IMG/VR virus record: IMGVR_UViG_3300048606_000018 | Coordinates: 1-49,450 of that record | Length of the DNA stretch: 49,450 bases | Direction: 5' to 3' (one strand) | From: a virus | Taxonomy: Duplodnaviria; Caudoviricetes | Shown here: piece by piece, positions 25,567 through 35,321 of the stretch | Layout of the letters: each line of letters opens with the position of its first letter | Numbering within the stretch: the first letter of the stretch is position 1 | Made by a program: the position numbers and the translations under genes | Notes under the pieces: generated by a model | Database searches by the model: none | Seen by the model: only the letters and a program-made list of their open reading frames with translations | What the model was told of the DNA's origin: nothing

Positions 25567-27338
25567 TATTTGCAGCTCCTGACTAGCATGCCGAGTTCGC
25601 CCTCGCGCTGCCCGATCTTTGCAGCCTGCGCCGCCGAGATCGTGGTCGGCGTGCCATCATCACGGACATAAGGGATTTTGCCGAGCGGGTCCTTGGCTGC
25701 AAACTTCGGTGCGATGAATTTTGGAGTGATCTGCGACTTGTCCAGAACAAGGTATTCCGTCGCTTTCGGGTCGAGCGGGTCTTTCAGGACCGCGCTGTCG
25801 TAGCCATGCTCGCGCAGCCACTCGGGGTTTCTGGCATTCCCGACGCTCCCCGGATCGTTGCGCCGATCAACCTCATAGGGGCGCTTCATGCTCAGCGAGA
25901 CCGGCCTCACATTTGGCGTTGCATCCGGCCGGGCAATGTTTGCTTGGAAGGCGTAACCAGACGCCACGTCGGGATGCGGAGTAAAGTAGAACGGCGCCTT
26001 TGCAGCATCAAAATCCTCGAACGCATGCGGTGTGCCGTGAAAGGCGTCCAGCTCCTCGCTCAGCCGCGTGGCGGTCGCCTTCGTGCCGCGCTGCTCCAGT
26101 ACCTCGGTGGCGGCAACCTGCGCCTCCTGGATGTTCTGCGGGCGCGCCTCCTCGACACGGGCGGCCAGTTCCTGGTCCGGCTGCCGCAGTGCCGCGATGG
26201 CCTCGGGCGCCGGCGCCTCGGGATCGTCTGCCCGCTTGAGCGCTGCCGCCATCATGTCGTCGTGCAGCTCTGGCGCCACGTCGCGACCGGCCGGCGGGAT
26301 CAGCGCCTTGTCGGCCTCCCCCATCTCCTCGCCCATGCGCATCGCGCGCGCCGGGGTGGCGGCTTCGTCGTCACCGAGCGCGGCCAGCACCTTGCGGAGC
26401 GGCTCCATATCGGCCGGCTCGGCCTTGCCGCCCATCACCCGATCGATCGCTCCGCGCGCCGCGGTGGCCTCATGGGCACCGCGGAAGATGGCCCCAGGAA
26501 TGAGCCCGAACACGAACGCCAGCCCGACATTCTCCAGCGCCGGCAGGGTGCCCGACTTGGCGCCAATATCGGCCCGCCATGCCTGCACGGATGGTTGCTC
26601 CAGCGCGGACAGCCCGGCATTGAACAGGCCCTGAAAGAGTCCCGCTGAGGCAATGCGGGCCGTTGTGGTGGCACCCACCGCGGAGGTTGGCCCGGCGAAC
26701 AGGGAGCCCACGAACAGCGGGTCGCGTCGTCCGGCCCACAGCCCGCCCGCCATGGAGGCGCCGAACGCGCCCACCGGGTCGAGGCCCGCGGTCGGTGGCT
26801 TCACGCTCTCGGCCTCGGCGGCGACCGAGCGGGCGATTGTGGAAACCGCGAGGTCGGCCTCGGGGAGGTCAGGGTGTTTCTCCCGCACCGCAGCAAGGTT
26901 CTCGTCGTACATCCGCCGCTGATACTCCGGGATGCCGCCCTTGCTATCGATCGGGGTCATGCCGCCGGCGCGCACCTCGTCGCGGATGCGGTGGCGCGCC
27001 TCCTGGGCGTAGCCACCGCGCAAAGGGTTCTGGAGCTCGACGCCGGTGGCCTCCTTCACGGCCGCAATCTGGCGGTCGTAGGCTTCTTCCTTGGCGCGGT
27101 CCTCGGCGAAGAAGTTGTCCACCAGGCGGGTCTGCCGCTCGGCCGCCGTGAAGATGTCGGTGTAGGGCTTCGGATTGCGTAGGATATCGACCTCGGCCAT
27201 CGTCGCCGCGCCGATCGGGGTCGAGCGCGCCACGCCGCCGATGATCTTCGGTATCTGCTCAGACAGCGGCGTGCTGCCGCCGGGCTCAGCCCACGTCACC
27301 GGCCCCTCGTTCTGGCGCAGCTGCGCGCTGTCGAACAT
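25566..27338 (-). CDS. Internal virion protein with a C-terminal ART-PolyVal-like ADP-ribosyltransferase domain
   Basis: Gly/Ala-rich hydrophobic stretch; FHGT..FYFT..ASGYA..VRPVSL..GYDSAV..EYLVL..QI. Confidence 0.7.
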   Translation of the reverse strand: MFDSAQLRQNEGPVTWAEPGGSTPLSEQIPKIIGGVARSTPIGAATMAEVDILRNPKPYTDIFTAAERQTRLVDNFFAEDRAKEEAYDRQIAAVKEATGVELQNPLRGGYAQEARHRIRDEVRAGGMTPIDSKGGIPEYQRRMYDENLAAVREKHPDLPEADLAVSTIARSVAAEAESVKPPTAGLDPVGAFGASMAGGLWAGRRDPLFVGSLFAGPTSAVGATTTARIASAGLFQGLFNAGLSALEQPSVQAWRADIGAKSGTLPALENVGLAFVFGLIPGAIFRGAHEATAARGAIDRVMGGKAEPADMEPLRKVLAALGDDEAATPARAMRMGEEMGEADKALIPPAGRDVAPELHDDMMAAALKRADDPEAPAPEAIAALRQPDQELAARVEEARPQNIQEAQVAATEVLEQRGTKATATRLSEELDAFHGTPHAFEDFDAAKAPFYFTPHPDVASGYAFQANIARPDATPNVRPVSLSMKRPYEVDRRNDPGSVGNARNPEWLREHGYDSAVLKDPLDPKATEYLVLDKSQITPKFIAPKFAAKDPLGKIPYVRDDGTPTTISAAQAAKIGQREGELGMLVRSCK

Positions 27339-29644
27339 CAGCGGCTCCCGAGGAAGGCGCCTGGCACGCGCGTGCGCAGCACCGGCTCCAGCTTGTCGAG
27401 CGGCAGCACGAATTGCCGGCCGTCGGCGCCGCGCACCCATTTCGGATCGGCGGACGCCGGATCGCCCTGCGCAAAGCGGTAGCCGCCGGGCACGGCTACC
27501 GGAACGGCGTTGCGGATGTCAGAGGCCTTGTAACCGTCCGCCGGCGAGATCGGCATCAGTTTGAGGTCTTCGTCGGTGACGGCGCCGATGACGCGGCCAA
27601 ATTCGCCGGTCTTGATGTTGGACGGCACCAGCACCTTGTTCGATCCGAACCACGTTCCGGGCTTGGTCCCATAACTGGTGATGCCGCCGTATTGCGTTCC
27701 GTCCGATGCGAAGGTCGCGCCCGCGGATTCCTGGAGCGCGGTGTTATAGGCCTTCGCCGTCGTGCCACCGAGGTCGATGCCGCTTGGATCATAGCCGTTA
27801 CGCATCGCGCGCACGGTGAACGCATTGCGCGCGGATTCCGAAGCGGCCCGGCCGTTCTCCGGGATCAGCAGAAACGCATCGCCGAACTGATCGACGCGGC
27901 GGTTCGTCTGGAACTGCATCACTCTGTCAGTTGGATTTTGCGCCCAGTGCGGAAGCATCTTCTTGGTTTCGGCGTTCTGATTGAGTTGCACGCCCTCGGC
28001 GACGTCGTTTGCAAACGTGGTCGAGCCGCCGCCGAACAGGCTGCCGGTGAGCAGGCCGCCCATGTGCGAGAGCACCGGTGCCGCAGTGGAAATCTCGCCC
28101 AGCACCTTCGGGGCGCGGTCGCCGAACCCGGTATTGATCCGCTGCGCCAACACCAGCATGGCGTCGCCGCCGGCCGCCGACTGCACCTCCAGGAACCGCC
28201 GCTCCTCGGGGCGCAGATACGTAGGCGCGATGCCGTACTGCTGCGCCACGATGTCGGCAGCGGAGATCCGGGTCCGCATGTCTGTGGTGGCGTCCGGCTT
28301 GGCGAAGTCGATCATACCGACCGGTACGGTGCCACTGCGCTCGGCCCACCCCAGCGGGTCGTCGCCGATCTCCTTGCGCATGGTCTTGAGCAGGTCGGTA
28401 CCGGTTTTCATCAGCGCGAGCGACCGACTGTCAGCACCGGTCTCGCGCATCTGCGCGGCACGCCGGCCGAGGTCGGCCTCGAGCTGCGCCGGGCTGAGTT
28501 GCCGCCAGATTGCCACCGTCGGCAGATTGGCGACCGTGTCCTCGTAAGCCTTGACGACGTCCGGGTCGTTCGATTTGGCGACCGCGGCCTTGAGCGTTGC
28601 CAGCTTGTCCGGCCCCGGCAGGTAGCCTTGCGACGCAATGGCATCGACCGCCTTGATCTGCGTGTTGATCGCCGCCGTTTCCTGCGCGTCGGCGCGCACC
28701 CGCGCGTTGATCGCCCCGACCGAGCGGTTGTAGTAGGCGTCGCGCTGCCCGGCGTTTAATTTCAGATCAGGGTCGGTCAGGATCGTCTCGGCACCCTTGA
28801 GCGCGGCCTCGCGGCCCTGCGTGTCGTAGACCTCGACTGCCAGCTTGTGCGCGATGGCGCTGGCCTGCATCTCGCTGTCGAACTGCTGCAGTTCGAAATT
28901 GGCGCGCTCCTTGGGATACGCCATCAGCGGATTGCTGACCGTCTCGTTGTAGAGCGTGCGCAGCTTGTCGGCGCGACGCTTGAAATCCGGGGAGCCGGTG
29001 TCGCCCTGGTTAGCCAGCGCCACCATCTCGTCTTTGGTGCTCTGGATCTCGGAATCGATGCGGCCCTGCGCGGTGCGCAGATCGAGTTGAACCTTCTGGT
29101 TCGTGAGCCCGCGGAAACCTTCGGTCGCGACCTGATCCATGTTGCGGCCGACCACCGCCGCCACCTCGGAACCACCGGCCGCGCCCATGCTCTTGACCAG
29201 CGTGGTGCGGTAGGCGTCGGCTGCCTTCATGTAGCCGGCCGGGTCGCCGACGAACTTCTGCCGCGCCTCGACGTCCCATCGGCGGGCATCCTTCTCAGCC
29301 TCGGCCACGACGCCGATCTTGACGGCCTTGGTGAATTCCTGGCCGGCGGCGCCGAGGATTGGCCACCAGTCAACTTTGATGTTGCCGGCCTCGTCCCGCG
29401 TCACCGCCTCGGCACCGGCCTGGCGCGCAAGAGGTTTTGCGATCTCATCGGCACCAGCGCCGAGCGCTTTAAGGCCACCGGCTTCGGCAGTCAGCGCCTC
29501 ACCCTCGGCCGACCGTGCCTTGCCTTGCGATTCGAGACCCTTGGCGAGCGCTGTGTATGGCGACGCAACGTCTGCCGCCGACAGGTCGGATTTTGGTGCC
29601 GTCGAAGTGACGATCGCGCGTGAGACTTGCGGGAGGTCGACCAT
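27338..29644 (-). CDS. Internal (ejected) virion protein
   Basis: 768 aa Ala-rich helical; synteny with the T7-like core block. Confidence 0.75.
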   Translation of the reverse strand: MVDLPQVSRAIVTSTAPKSDLSAADVASPYTALAKGLESQGKARSAEGEALTAEAGGLKALGAGADEIAKPLARQAGAEAVTRDEAGNIKVDWWPILGAAGQEFTKAVKIGVVAEAEKDARRWDVEARQKFVGDPAGYMKAADAYRTTLVKSMGAAGGSEVAAVVGRNMDQVATEGFRGLTNQKVQLDLRTAQGRIDSEIQSTKDEMVALANQGDTGSPDFKRRADKLRTLYNETVSNPLMAYPKERANFELQQFDSEMQASAIAHKLAVEVYDTQGREAALKGAETILTDPDLKLNAGQRDAYYNRSVGAINARVRADAQETAAINTQIKAVDAIASQGYLPGPDKLATLKAAVAKSNDPDVVKAYEDTVANLPTVAIWRQLSPAQLEADLGRRAAQMRETGADSRSLALMKTGTDLLKTMRKEIGDDPLGWAERSGTVPVGMIDFAKPDATTDMRTRISAADIVAQQYGIAPTYLRPEERRFLEVQSAAGGDAMLVLAQRINTGFGDRAPKVLGEISTAAPVLSHMGGLLTGSLFGGGSTTFANDVAEGVQLNQNAETKKMLPHWAQNPTDRVMQFQTNRRVDQFGDAFLLIPENGRAASESARNAFTVRAMRNGYDPSGIDLGGTTAKAYNTALQESAGATFASDGTQYGGITSYGTKPGTWFGSNKVLVPSNIKTGEFGRVIGAVTDEDLKLMPISPADGYKASDIRNAVPVAVPGGYRFAQGDPASADPKWVRGADGRQFVLPLDKLEPVLRTRVPGAFLGSR

Positions 29645-30240
29645 CAGCGGGCCCCTCCCCGGCTGGCGAGTAAGCCGCCGATCGAGCCCAGGATGCGGCC
29701 AGCAGCCGACGTATAACCACCGGTGCGCGCGAGATCGGCGGCGTCGCCGACTCGGTCGGCAGCCTTCTCCGTCATGCTGGCGCCGAGCAGCGCACTGGTG
29801 GCGGCGACGCGGTAATAGGCGGCGTCGGCCTCGCTCTGCGATGCCTGTGCCAACACGTTACCGACCTTGATGTTGCGCTGGTCGATGCCGATGCCTTCCT
29901 CCATGCCCCGCACCGCGGCGCCCGTCGGCGACGACGGATCGGTATGGGCGGCCGATCGGATGGCATCGAGGTTGCCGAGCGTGGTGTTGAGGTCGCGCGT
30001 GAGTTGGCCACCGATCTGTGTGGCATTGAGGCGGCCGTACTCGGCGGCGCGATCTGATTTCAGCGCAGAGAATTCGTAGCCTTTGGCCTGGCCGCGCTGC
30101 GAGAGCGCCTGCCCCTCCAGGCCGATCTGCTGCGCTTCCAGACCGAGGGCCTTGCCTTCGCCCGCTTCGATGTCGCCATAGGCGCTAAAACCCGCGCCTG
30201 CGAGCGAGAAGATGGAACTAAATAGTCCGGCTTCGGCCAT
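29644..30240 (-). CDS. Internal virion protein (T7 gp14-like position)
   Basis: Small Gly/Ala-rich with hydrophobic ends; follows tail tube B. Confidence 0.7.
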   Translation of the reverse strand: MAEAGLFSSIFSLAGAGFSAYGDIEAGEGKALGLEAQQIGLEGQALSQRGQAKGYEFSALKSDRAAEYGRLNATQIGGQLTRDLNTTLGNLDAIRSAAHTDPSSPTGAAVRGMEEGIGIDQRNIKVGNVLAQASQSEADAAYYRVAATSALLGASMTEKAADRVGDAADLARTGGYTSAAGRILGSIGGLLASRGGAR

Positions 30241-32516
30241 CAGACGGAAACCTCCATGCCGAGCTCGAGCACCGTGATCGGCCCCGGCGTGTCCTTGATG
30301 ATCGCGATGCGCGGGTCGTATTCACGGCCGAGCGGGCGCCATTGGTAGCTGGTCTCACGCAACGGCGGCGCCAGGGTCGGATCGTCGCCCTGGTTCCAAG
30401 TCGTGACGCGGTAGTTGTTCATCACGGTGCCGAGCGCCGGCAGGTTTGCGCCCTGCCGCCCCGAGTAGAGCCGCGCCCACAGGAAGCCGGTTGAATCCAG
30501 CACATAGGCAATCGCGCGCGAGATCCGTCGGCGGGTCATGCGCTGCATCACATCCTGCCCAGGCTGCGGTGCCGGCACAAACGACTCGAGCGTCGCGGTC
30601 CATGGCTGCCCGGCGATCAGCCCCACGGCCGTGAGGTCTTCGCCGGCGTTGAATTGCGGGACGATGTAGCCCTGATCGTCGATGTCATAGGTGCCCATCA
30701 TCCGCGTCGACTGATCCATCAGATTGACGGTGCCGCCAGCAAGCCACCACAGCGGCCCCAGACCGACCGGCGGCGCGAGCGCGACGGGGATATTGTTCAC
30801 CTCGATCGCCGCGTCGAGATAGCGGTCGCTAACGAGCCGCTCGACCACCTGCACCGGCGTGATGCCGTTTGGCGCATAGGCACCGGTGACGATCACCTCG
30901 CCACCGATGCCGCCGACCCATGTCGGCGTGCCGACGCCGGACCACGGCACCCAGCCGACCGGACCGTCGAGCAGTCCGGCCTTGATGGTGTATTTGCCGA
31001 CCGAGATCGTGGCGTCGGCATTGAGCACAAAGATGTAGGTTTCGTCGTACTGATCCGATGCCGTCTGCGCCGCGATGGCGATCGGGTCCGTGATCAGGTT
31101 GCGATGAAGTTGCGAGATGTCGTCAACGATATAGGGCCGGCCATAGGCGCCAGGAGCCTGGATCGCCTTTATGGTGGTGCCACCGACTGCCACATAGACG
31201 ATGGTCTGCTGCAGCGCGCGCGGCTGCACCTGCGCGGCGCCGTCAGACGTCAACTGGTTGAATGCGACTGAGCCGGGTCGCAGCGGGTTGGTGGCCGAGA
31301 TCGGGATGTAATAGATCGCGTTGTCGCAGATCACAAACTCGGACGACTCCATGCCTGCGATGACGAACAGGACCTGGCTCTTGCCCGGCACGATCTCGAC
31401 AATGGCGTTGGCTGGTTCGGCATTCGACGCGTCGGTGTAAATGTCGGTGAAAATCCCGATCGCCGACCAGCTGACGATCCCCGGCACCGAACGGAAATTG
31501 CAGAAACCGAGACGACCCTGGTCGACGAAGCACGACGCCGGGTAGCCGTGTAGATCGTTGATGATCTCCTCATCCCATACCGCAATCGCCTGCGGATTGA
31601 TGCCGACAACAATGACGATGCCGAGCGAGCCGTTTGGACCGACCACCACCTCGGCGCCGACCTCGCCGAATGAGTGGCTGTTGATGCTCTGTACGTTGAC
31701 GGCATCGAAGCCACCGCTGTAACCGGTCACGATGCCTTGCGCGCCAGATATCTGACCAATCACGACATCTCCGACCTGGAAATAGTTGCGCATATCGACA
31801 GGCGGTGCGGAGTTGGACAGCGCGTAAGCCTGCAGCAACGTCTGGTTCACGGTCGCGGTGCCGTGCCGGGCGTCGGTCACGCCGATGATCGTCATCTGCT
31901 GGTTCACGAACCGCAGGCGCGTTCCGACATGAAGAGGTGTCAGAAAGTCAGCCGAGAACTCGATGGCGATGTTTCCGCTGCGCGCCGATGGCTGCAGGGT
32001 GATGCCCTTGGGCGCGATGCGATAGAAGATCGTCCGCTTCTGCGTGCCGCCGATCACCTGCTCCACATAGTCGACGATCGACCATGTCGATATCTGGCTG
32101 GCTCCATCCCAGGTCAACACCTTCGGACGCATCGCGCCCCCGAACGTGATGTAGATGGATTCCTGATACTGCGCCCACACCACATCCTTGGCCTGCGCGG
32201 CCGACCACGGCATGACGGCGCCGGTATCGAAAACAATCGCGCCGAGCTGGTTGTAGACGCGGAGATAGTTCGGACCGAACACCAAGTAGAATTCGCTGTT
32301 CGGCGCCATCAGCACCTTGTCGGTGCGTGGCCCGTCGAGGAACACGGCGATGCGTCCTGGGCGATTGGTGACGCCGCGAGAATTGAGGATGCGCCAGTTC
32401 ACGACCTGGCGCGCGCCGGACTTGTAGATCGGGGTGTCGTCGCCGCGCTTAAGCCACGGGTCGAGTTGCCCGGCAGAGAAATCCCGCTGTGCGACGACCG
32501 TCTTGGGGATCGCCAT
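30240..32516 (-). CDS. Tail tubular protein B / nozzle (T7 gp12-like)
   Basis: QRDFSAGQLDP..NRPG N-terminus; GYPASCFVDQGRLGF; GWVPW; PGPITVL C-terminus. Confidence 0.85.
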   Translation of the reverse strand: MAIPKTVVAQRDFSAGQLDPWLKRGDDTPIYKSGARQVVNWRILNSRGVTNRPGRIAVFLDGPRTDKVLMAPNSEFYLVFGPNYLRVYNQLGAIVFDTGAVMPWSAAQAKDVVWAQYQESIYITFGGAMRPKVLTWDGASQISTWSIVDYVEQVIGGTQKRTIFYRIAPKGITLQPSARSGNIAIEFSADFLTPLHVGTRLRFVNQQMTIIGVTDARHGTATVNQTLLQAYALSNSAPPVDMRNYFQVGDVVIGQISGAQGIVTGYSGGFDAVNVQSINSHSFGEVGAEVVVGPNGSLGIVIVVGINPQAIAVWDEEIINDLHGYPASCFVDQGRLGFCNFRSVPGIVSWSAIGIFTDIYTDASNAEPANAIVEIVPGKSQVLFVIAGMESSEFVICDNAIYYIPISATNPLRPGSVAFNQLTSDGAAQVQPRALQQTIVYVAVGGTTIKAIQAPGAYGRPYIVDDISQLHRNLITDPIAIAAQTASDQYDETYIFVLNADATISVGKYTIKAGLLDGPVGWVPWSGVGTPTWVGGIGGEVIVTGAYAPNGITPVQVVERLVSDRYLDAAIEVNNIPVALAPPVGLGPLWWLAGGTVNLMDQSTRMMGTYDIDDQGYIVPQFNAGEDLTAVGLIAGQPWTATLESFVPAPQPGQDVMQRMTRRRISRAIAYVLDSTGFLWARLYSGRQGANLPALGTVMNNYRVTTWNQGDDPTLAPPLRETSYQWRPLGREYDPRIAIIKDTPGPITVLELGMEVSV

Positions 32517-32522
32517 CGGGCA

Positions 32523-33251
32523 TCACCAGGGTGAGCCGGAGCCACCCCAGCCGGGCGGGACTTGCGGCCATGGCAGGCGGCCGCGGCGAGCCGCGGTGAT
32601 GCGGGAATTGAAGATCGCGCGTTTCGGCCTCTGCTGGTCGTGCCGGATCTTCGCGTCCATCACGATCTGCATGCCGCCGGCCCACATCCGATCGGCCTGG
32701 CCACTGTCCTCGTGCAGGCCCCGGTAGATGCCGGACATGACCAGCGCCTGCAGCGCCAGCACGAAGGTCGGCGTCGCGAACTGCGGATCGCTCGACTGCG
32801 ACGACAGGTATTGCAGCGTCACCACAGCCGGGGCCGCCGGCGGGGTCGGAGGCGGCGGGCCGCCCTGCGCGTTGATGACGAGTTGCATGCCGGACGGACC
32901 GGCCGCGCCGCTTGGCCCCATCTGGAAGTCCCAGACCGTCGACATCCACGGCCCGCTGACCTGGGTGGCGATGCGGACCAGGATGACGTGAACGAGGTCG
33001 GCCGGGAGGTTGTAGGCGGTGTCCCACATCGTATCGGTGGGCGCGTTCGCGGCGGCGGTCAGCACCACCGTGGTCTTGGTCCAGTACCAGGGATGTTGCT
33101 CGATCAGGTAGGCCAGCCCGCGCTCGTAGGCGGGCGACGCGACGTTCCACTCGTCGGAGCCGTCATCGGCCGTCGTGACCAGGTTGTCCCCGGTCTGCGA
33201 CAGCGCGCTATTGACGATTCCCAGCTTGTCGAGGGGCCATTCGAACGGCAT
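32523..33251 (-). CDS. Tail tubular protein A / adaptor (T7 gp11-like)
   Basis: IVNSALSQTG..HPWYW..WDTAYNLPAD. Confidence 0.85.
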   Translation of the reverse strand: MPFEWPLDKLGIVNSALSQTGDNLVTTADDGSDEWNVASPAYERGLAYLIEQHPWYWTKTTVVLTAAANAPTDTMWDTAYNLPADLVHVILVRIATQVSGPWMSTVWDFQMGPSGAAGPSGMQLVINAQGGPPPPTPPAAPAVVTLQYLSSQSSDPQFATPTFVLALQALVMSGIYRGLHEDSGQADRMWAGGMQIVMDAKIRHDQQRPKRAIFNSRITAARRGRLPWPQVPPGWGGSGSPW

Positions 33252-33257
33252 GCCCGA

Positions 33258-33292
33258 ACGGTGCGCCGGGGTCCTATGACGGGCAACGCACC
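33258..33292 (-). promoter_or_regulatory. Late promoter, leaderless (GGTGCG-TTGCCC-N17-CACCGT-N6-ATG)
   Basis: Conserved motif 32 nt upstream of the tail tube A start. Confidence 0.75.
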
Positions 33293-33293
33293 C

Positions 33294-34676
33294 TTAACGG
33301 ACGCGCCGGGCCGTGATTGCGCCGTATGTTGAAAGGGCATTGACGCCGAAATTGCCGTAGCCGACGAGGTACCACGTCTGCGGCGCCGCAAGACTGACCC
33401 TGAGCGGAGCGATGGCCATGCCGGCGGTGAAACCGAGGTTGAAGATGGTCTCTTGCGAATAGGGCAGCCCGGCGAAGCGCCCGACGGTCTGATCCAGCGT
33501 CGCCGACACCGTCGAAAGGCTGGCGTAAAGGATGCTGACCGTCGTGTCCGTGCTGCCGGTGAAATAGGCCATTCCCCACAGGTCCCAGTCGCCCGCCGTC
33601 AGCGTAATGCTGGCGATGTTGGACGGGATCGCATTGGTGAGGCTGACCGGGGCCCCGCTGCCGACATTCGCCGTCATGGGCTCGCCCATGTTGCCGGCGC
33701 TGGCGGCGTCGTTCGTGGTGGTGCCGATGAGCTGGCGGCTGTCGATCGTGTTGGCGGTCGACTGCAGGGTCTTGTTGGTGACGGTCGCGGTGTCGTCGCG
33801 CGCGATCAGGATGCGGGTTCCGGCCGGCAGGGTGACCGTCCCGCCACCCGTGGCCGGGGCGTTGAGCACCGCGGTGCCCGAGCTCGCGCCCGCCAGCTTG
33901 AGGTTGCCGGACGTGATCGTGATCGATGTGGCGTCGGCCGTGGCGCCGCTCACGCAGCCCAGCGCGCCCGCGTTGTTCCGCTGGATCGAGAGCGCCGTGG
34001 TGGTGCACGGGGTCGACGAGGCCGAGGCCGCGACGATCTCGATGCCGCCCGCCGTGTTGTTGATGGTGATGTTCGCCCCGGCCGTCAGATTGGCGATGGC
34101 GTAGCCGGTGCCATTGCCGATCGGGATGCGGCCGTTCGCCGGGACGGTCGAGCCCGCCAGGCCACCGTTGGCGATCGGGATCGTGCCCGAGAGCGTCGAG
34201 GCCGTGAAATTGAGCGTGAAGCCCGCCCCGGTCGCGCCGGCGGCGAGCGTCCCGGTGCCAGTGATGCCGGTATACGACCCGGCCAGCCTGCCAGTGCCGA
34301 GCGTGCCGCTGGAGATGTTCGAGGCGTTGGTGGTGTCGGTGGTGGCCGATGCGGCGAACGCGACGCCGTTGGTCTTGGTGCAGACGATGGCGCCGGTCGA
34401 GCCGATCGTGCAGTCGCCCGACATCGCGACCGCGGCCGCAACATTCGAGCCGTTGCCGACGTAGATTTCCCCGGTCGGCAGCGTGAGCGTCGGCGAGCCG
34501 GTGTTCTGGATCACAAACTCGGTCGAGGCGCAGCGCTTCGAACTGTCGCCGAGCGGCGCGGTCGGGCAGATGTATGACGGCGAGGTGGTCGGCGGCGAGC
34601 CCTGCAGCGTCGTCTGCGCGGCGAGCGGGCCGGCACACGCGAGCAGCGTCAGGAATGCGAGGGCGAGCCTGCGCAT
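33294..34676 (-). CDS. Fibre-like protein with a Sec signal peptide
   Basis: MRRLALAFLTLLACAGPLAA|Q; Thr/Ser/Gly-rich fibre motifs (GTIPIANGG, TVTNKT); Cys pairs; LTAGDWDLWG C-domain. Confidence 0.75.
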   Translation of the reverse strand: MRRLALAFLTLLACAGPLAAQTTLQGSPPTTSPSYICPTAPLGDSSKRCASTEFVIQNTGSPTLTLPTGEIYVGNGSNVAAAVAMSGDCTIGSTGAIVCTKTNGVAFAASATTDTTNASNISSGTLGTGRLAGSYTGITGTGTLAAGATGAGFTLNFTASTLSGTIPIANGGLAGSTVPANGRIPIGNGTGYAIANLTAGANITINNTAGGIEIVAASASSTPCTTTALSIQRNNAGALGCVSGATADATSITITSGNLKLAGASSGTAVLNAPATGGGTVTLPAGTRILIARDDTATVTNKTLQSTANTIDSRQLIGTTTNDAASAGNMGEPMTANVGSGAPVSLTNAIPSNIASITLTAGDWDLWGMAYFTGSTDTTVSILYASLSTVSATLDQTVGRFAGLPYSQETIFNLGFTAGMAIAPLRVSLAAPQTWYLVGYGNFGVNALSTYGAITARRVR

Positions 34677-34681
34677 CCGGG

Positions 34682-35068
34682 CTACTCCCACTCCATCACG
34701 GTCAGAGCCGAGCCGCCCGCGCTGGAGATGGCATTCCACCCGGTCGGGATCGACGGCGTACCGCCGATGCCGCCGAAGCCCTGGCAGGCGTAGGGCAACA
34801 GCGTCACCGAGCCGGCGCCGTTAACCGTGCAGGTGATCGTTCCAGAGCGCCCCACGGTGGGACAGACCGCGACCTTGGCGGTGTCGTTCGGATTGCAAAA
34901 CTGAATGTATTTGCGGGCCGGATTGGCGGCGACGGCCGTGGTCGACGAGGTGCCGACCGACACCGCGTAACCGTATGGCATCGCTGGCGATTGGGCGAGC
35001 GCGCCGATGACGGCACAGCCCGAGATGAGGGTGACCAGCGCCAGCGTCCAGAGGATGGTTCGTGTCAT
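34682..35068 (-). CDS. Small exported beta-sandwich protein (signal peptide or lipobox)
   Basis: MTRTILWTLALVTLISGCAVIGALA|Q; 4 Cys in the mature part. Confidence 0.7.
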   Translation of the reverse strand: MTRTILWTLALVTLISGCAVIGALAQSPAMPYGYAVSVGTSSTTAVAANPARKYIQFCNPNDTAKVAVCPTVGRSGTITCTVNGAGSVTLLPYACQGFGGIGGTPSIPTGWNAISSAGGSALTVMEWE

Positions 35069-35074
35069 GGCGGC

Positions 35075-35107
35075 ATCATGGCGGTGGCAGCGGCGGCAGC
35101 AACGCAC
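35075..35107 (-). promoter_or_regulatory. Late promoter, leaderless (GTGCG-TTGCTG-N16-CATGAT-N6-ATG)
   Basis: Conserved motif and spacing. Confidence 0.75.
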
Positions 35108-35321
35108 TACGAAGCCGGGATTGGTATTGCGGGCAACACGCAACCCTGCTTTGATTCAACCCAGACGGGGGAAACAACAGAAGCCCGAAAGCGGGTCCAA
35201 TGTTCGAGTCTCAAGATGACCTGACTGGCGGCCCGGAACCCGGCATATTAGCCCGGATCATCGGAGTAATATTTCAAGTTCTTGTCGTTTGCGGCCTAAT
35301 CTGGCTGCTGTTCCTGGCCCA

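Noticed and set aside
35108-35321. Possible small ORF or ncRNA in the intergenic gap
   Set aside because: No convincing start, RBS or structure; possibly a scar from cassette exchange
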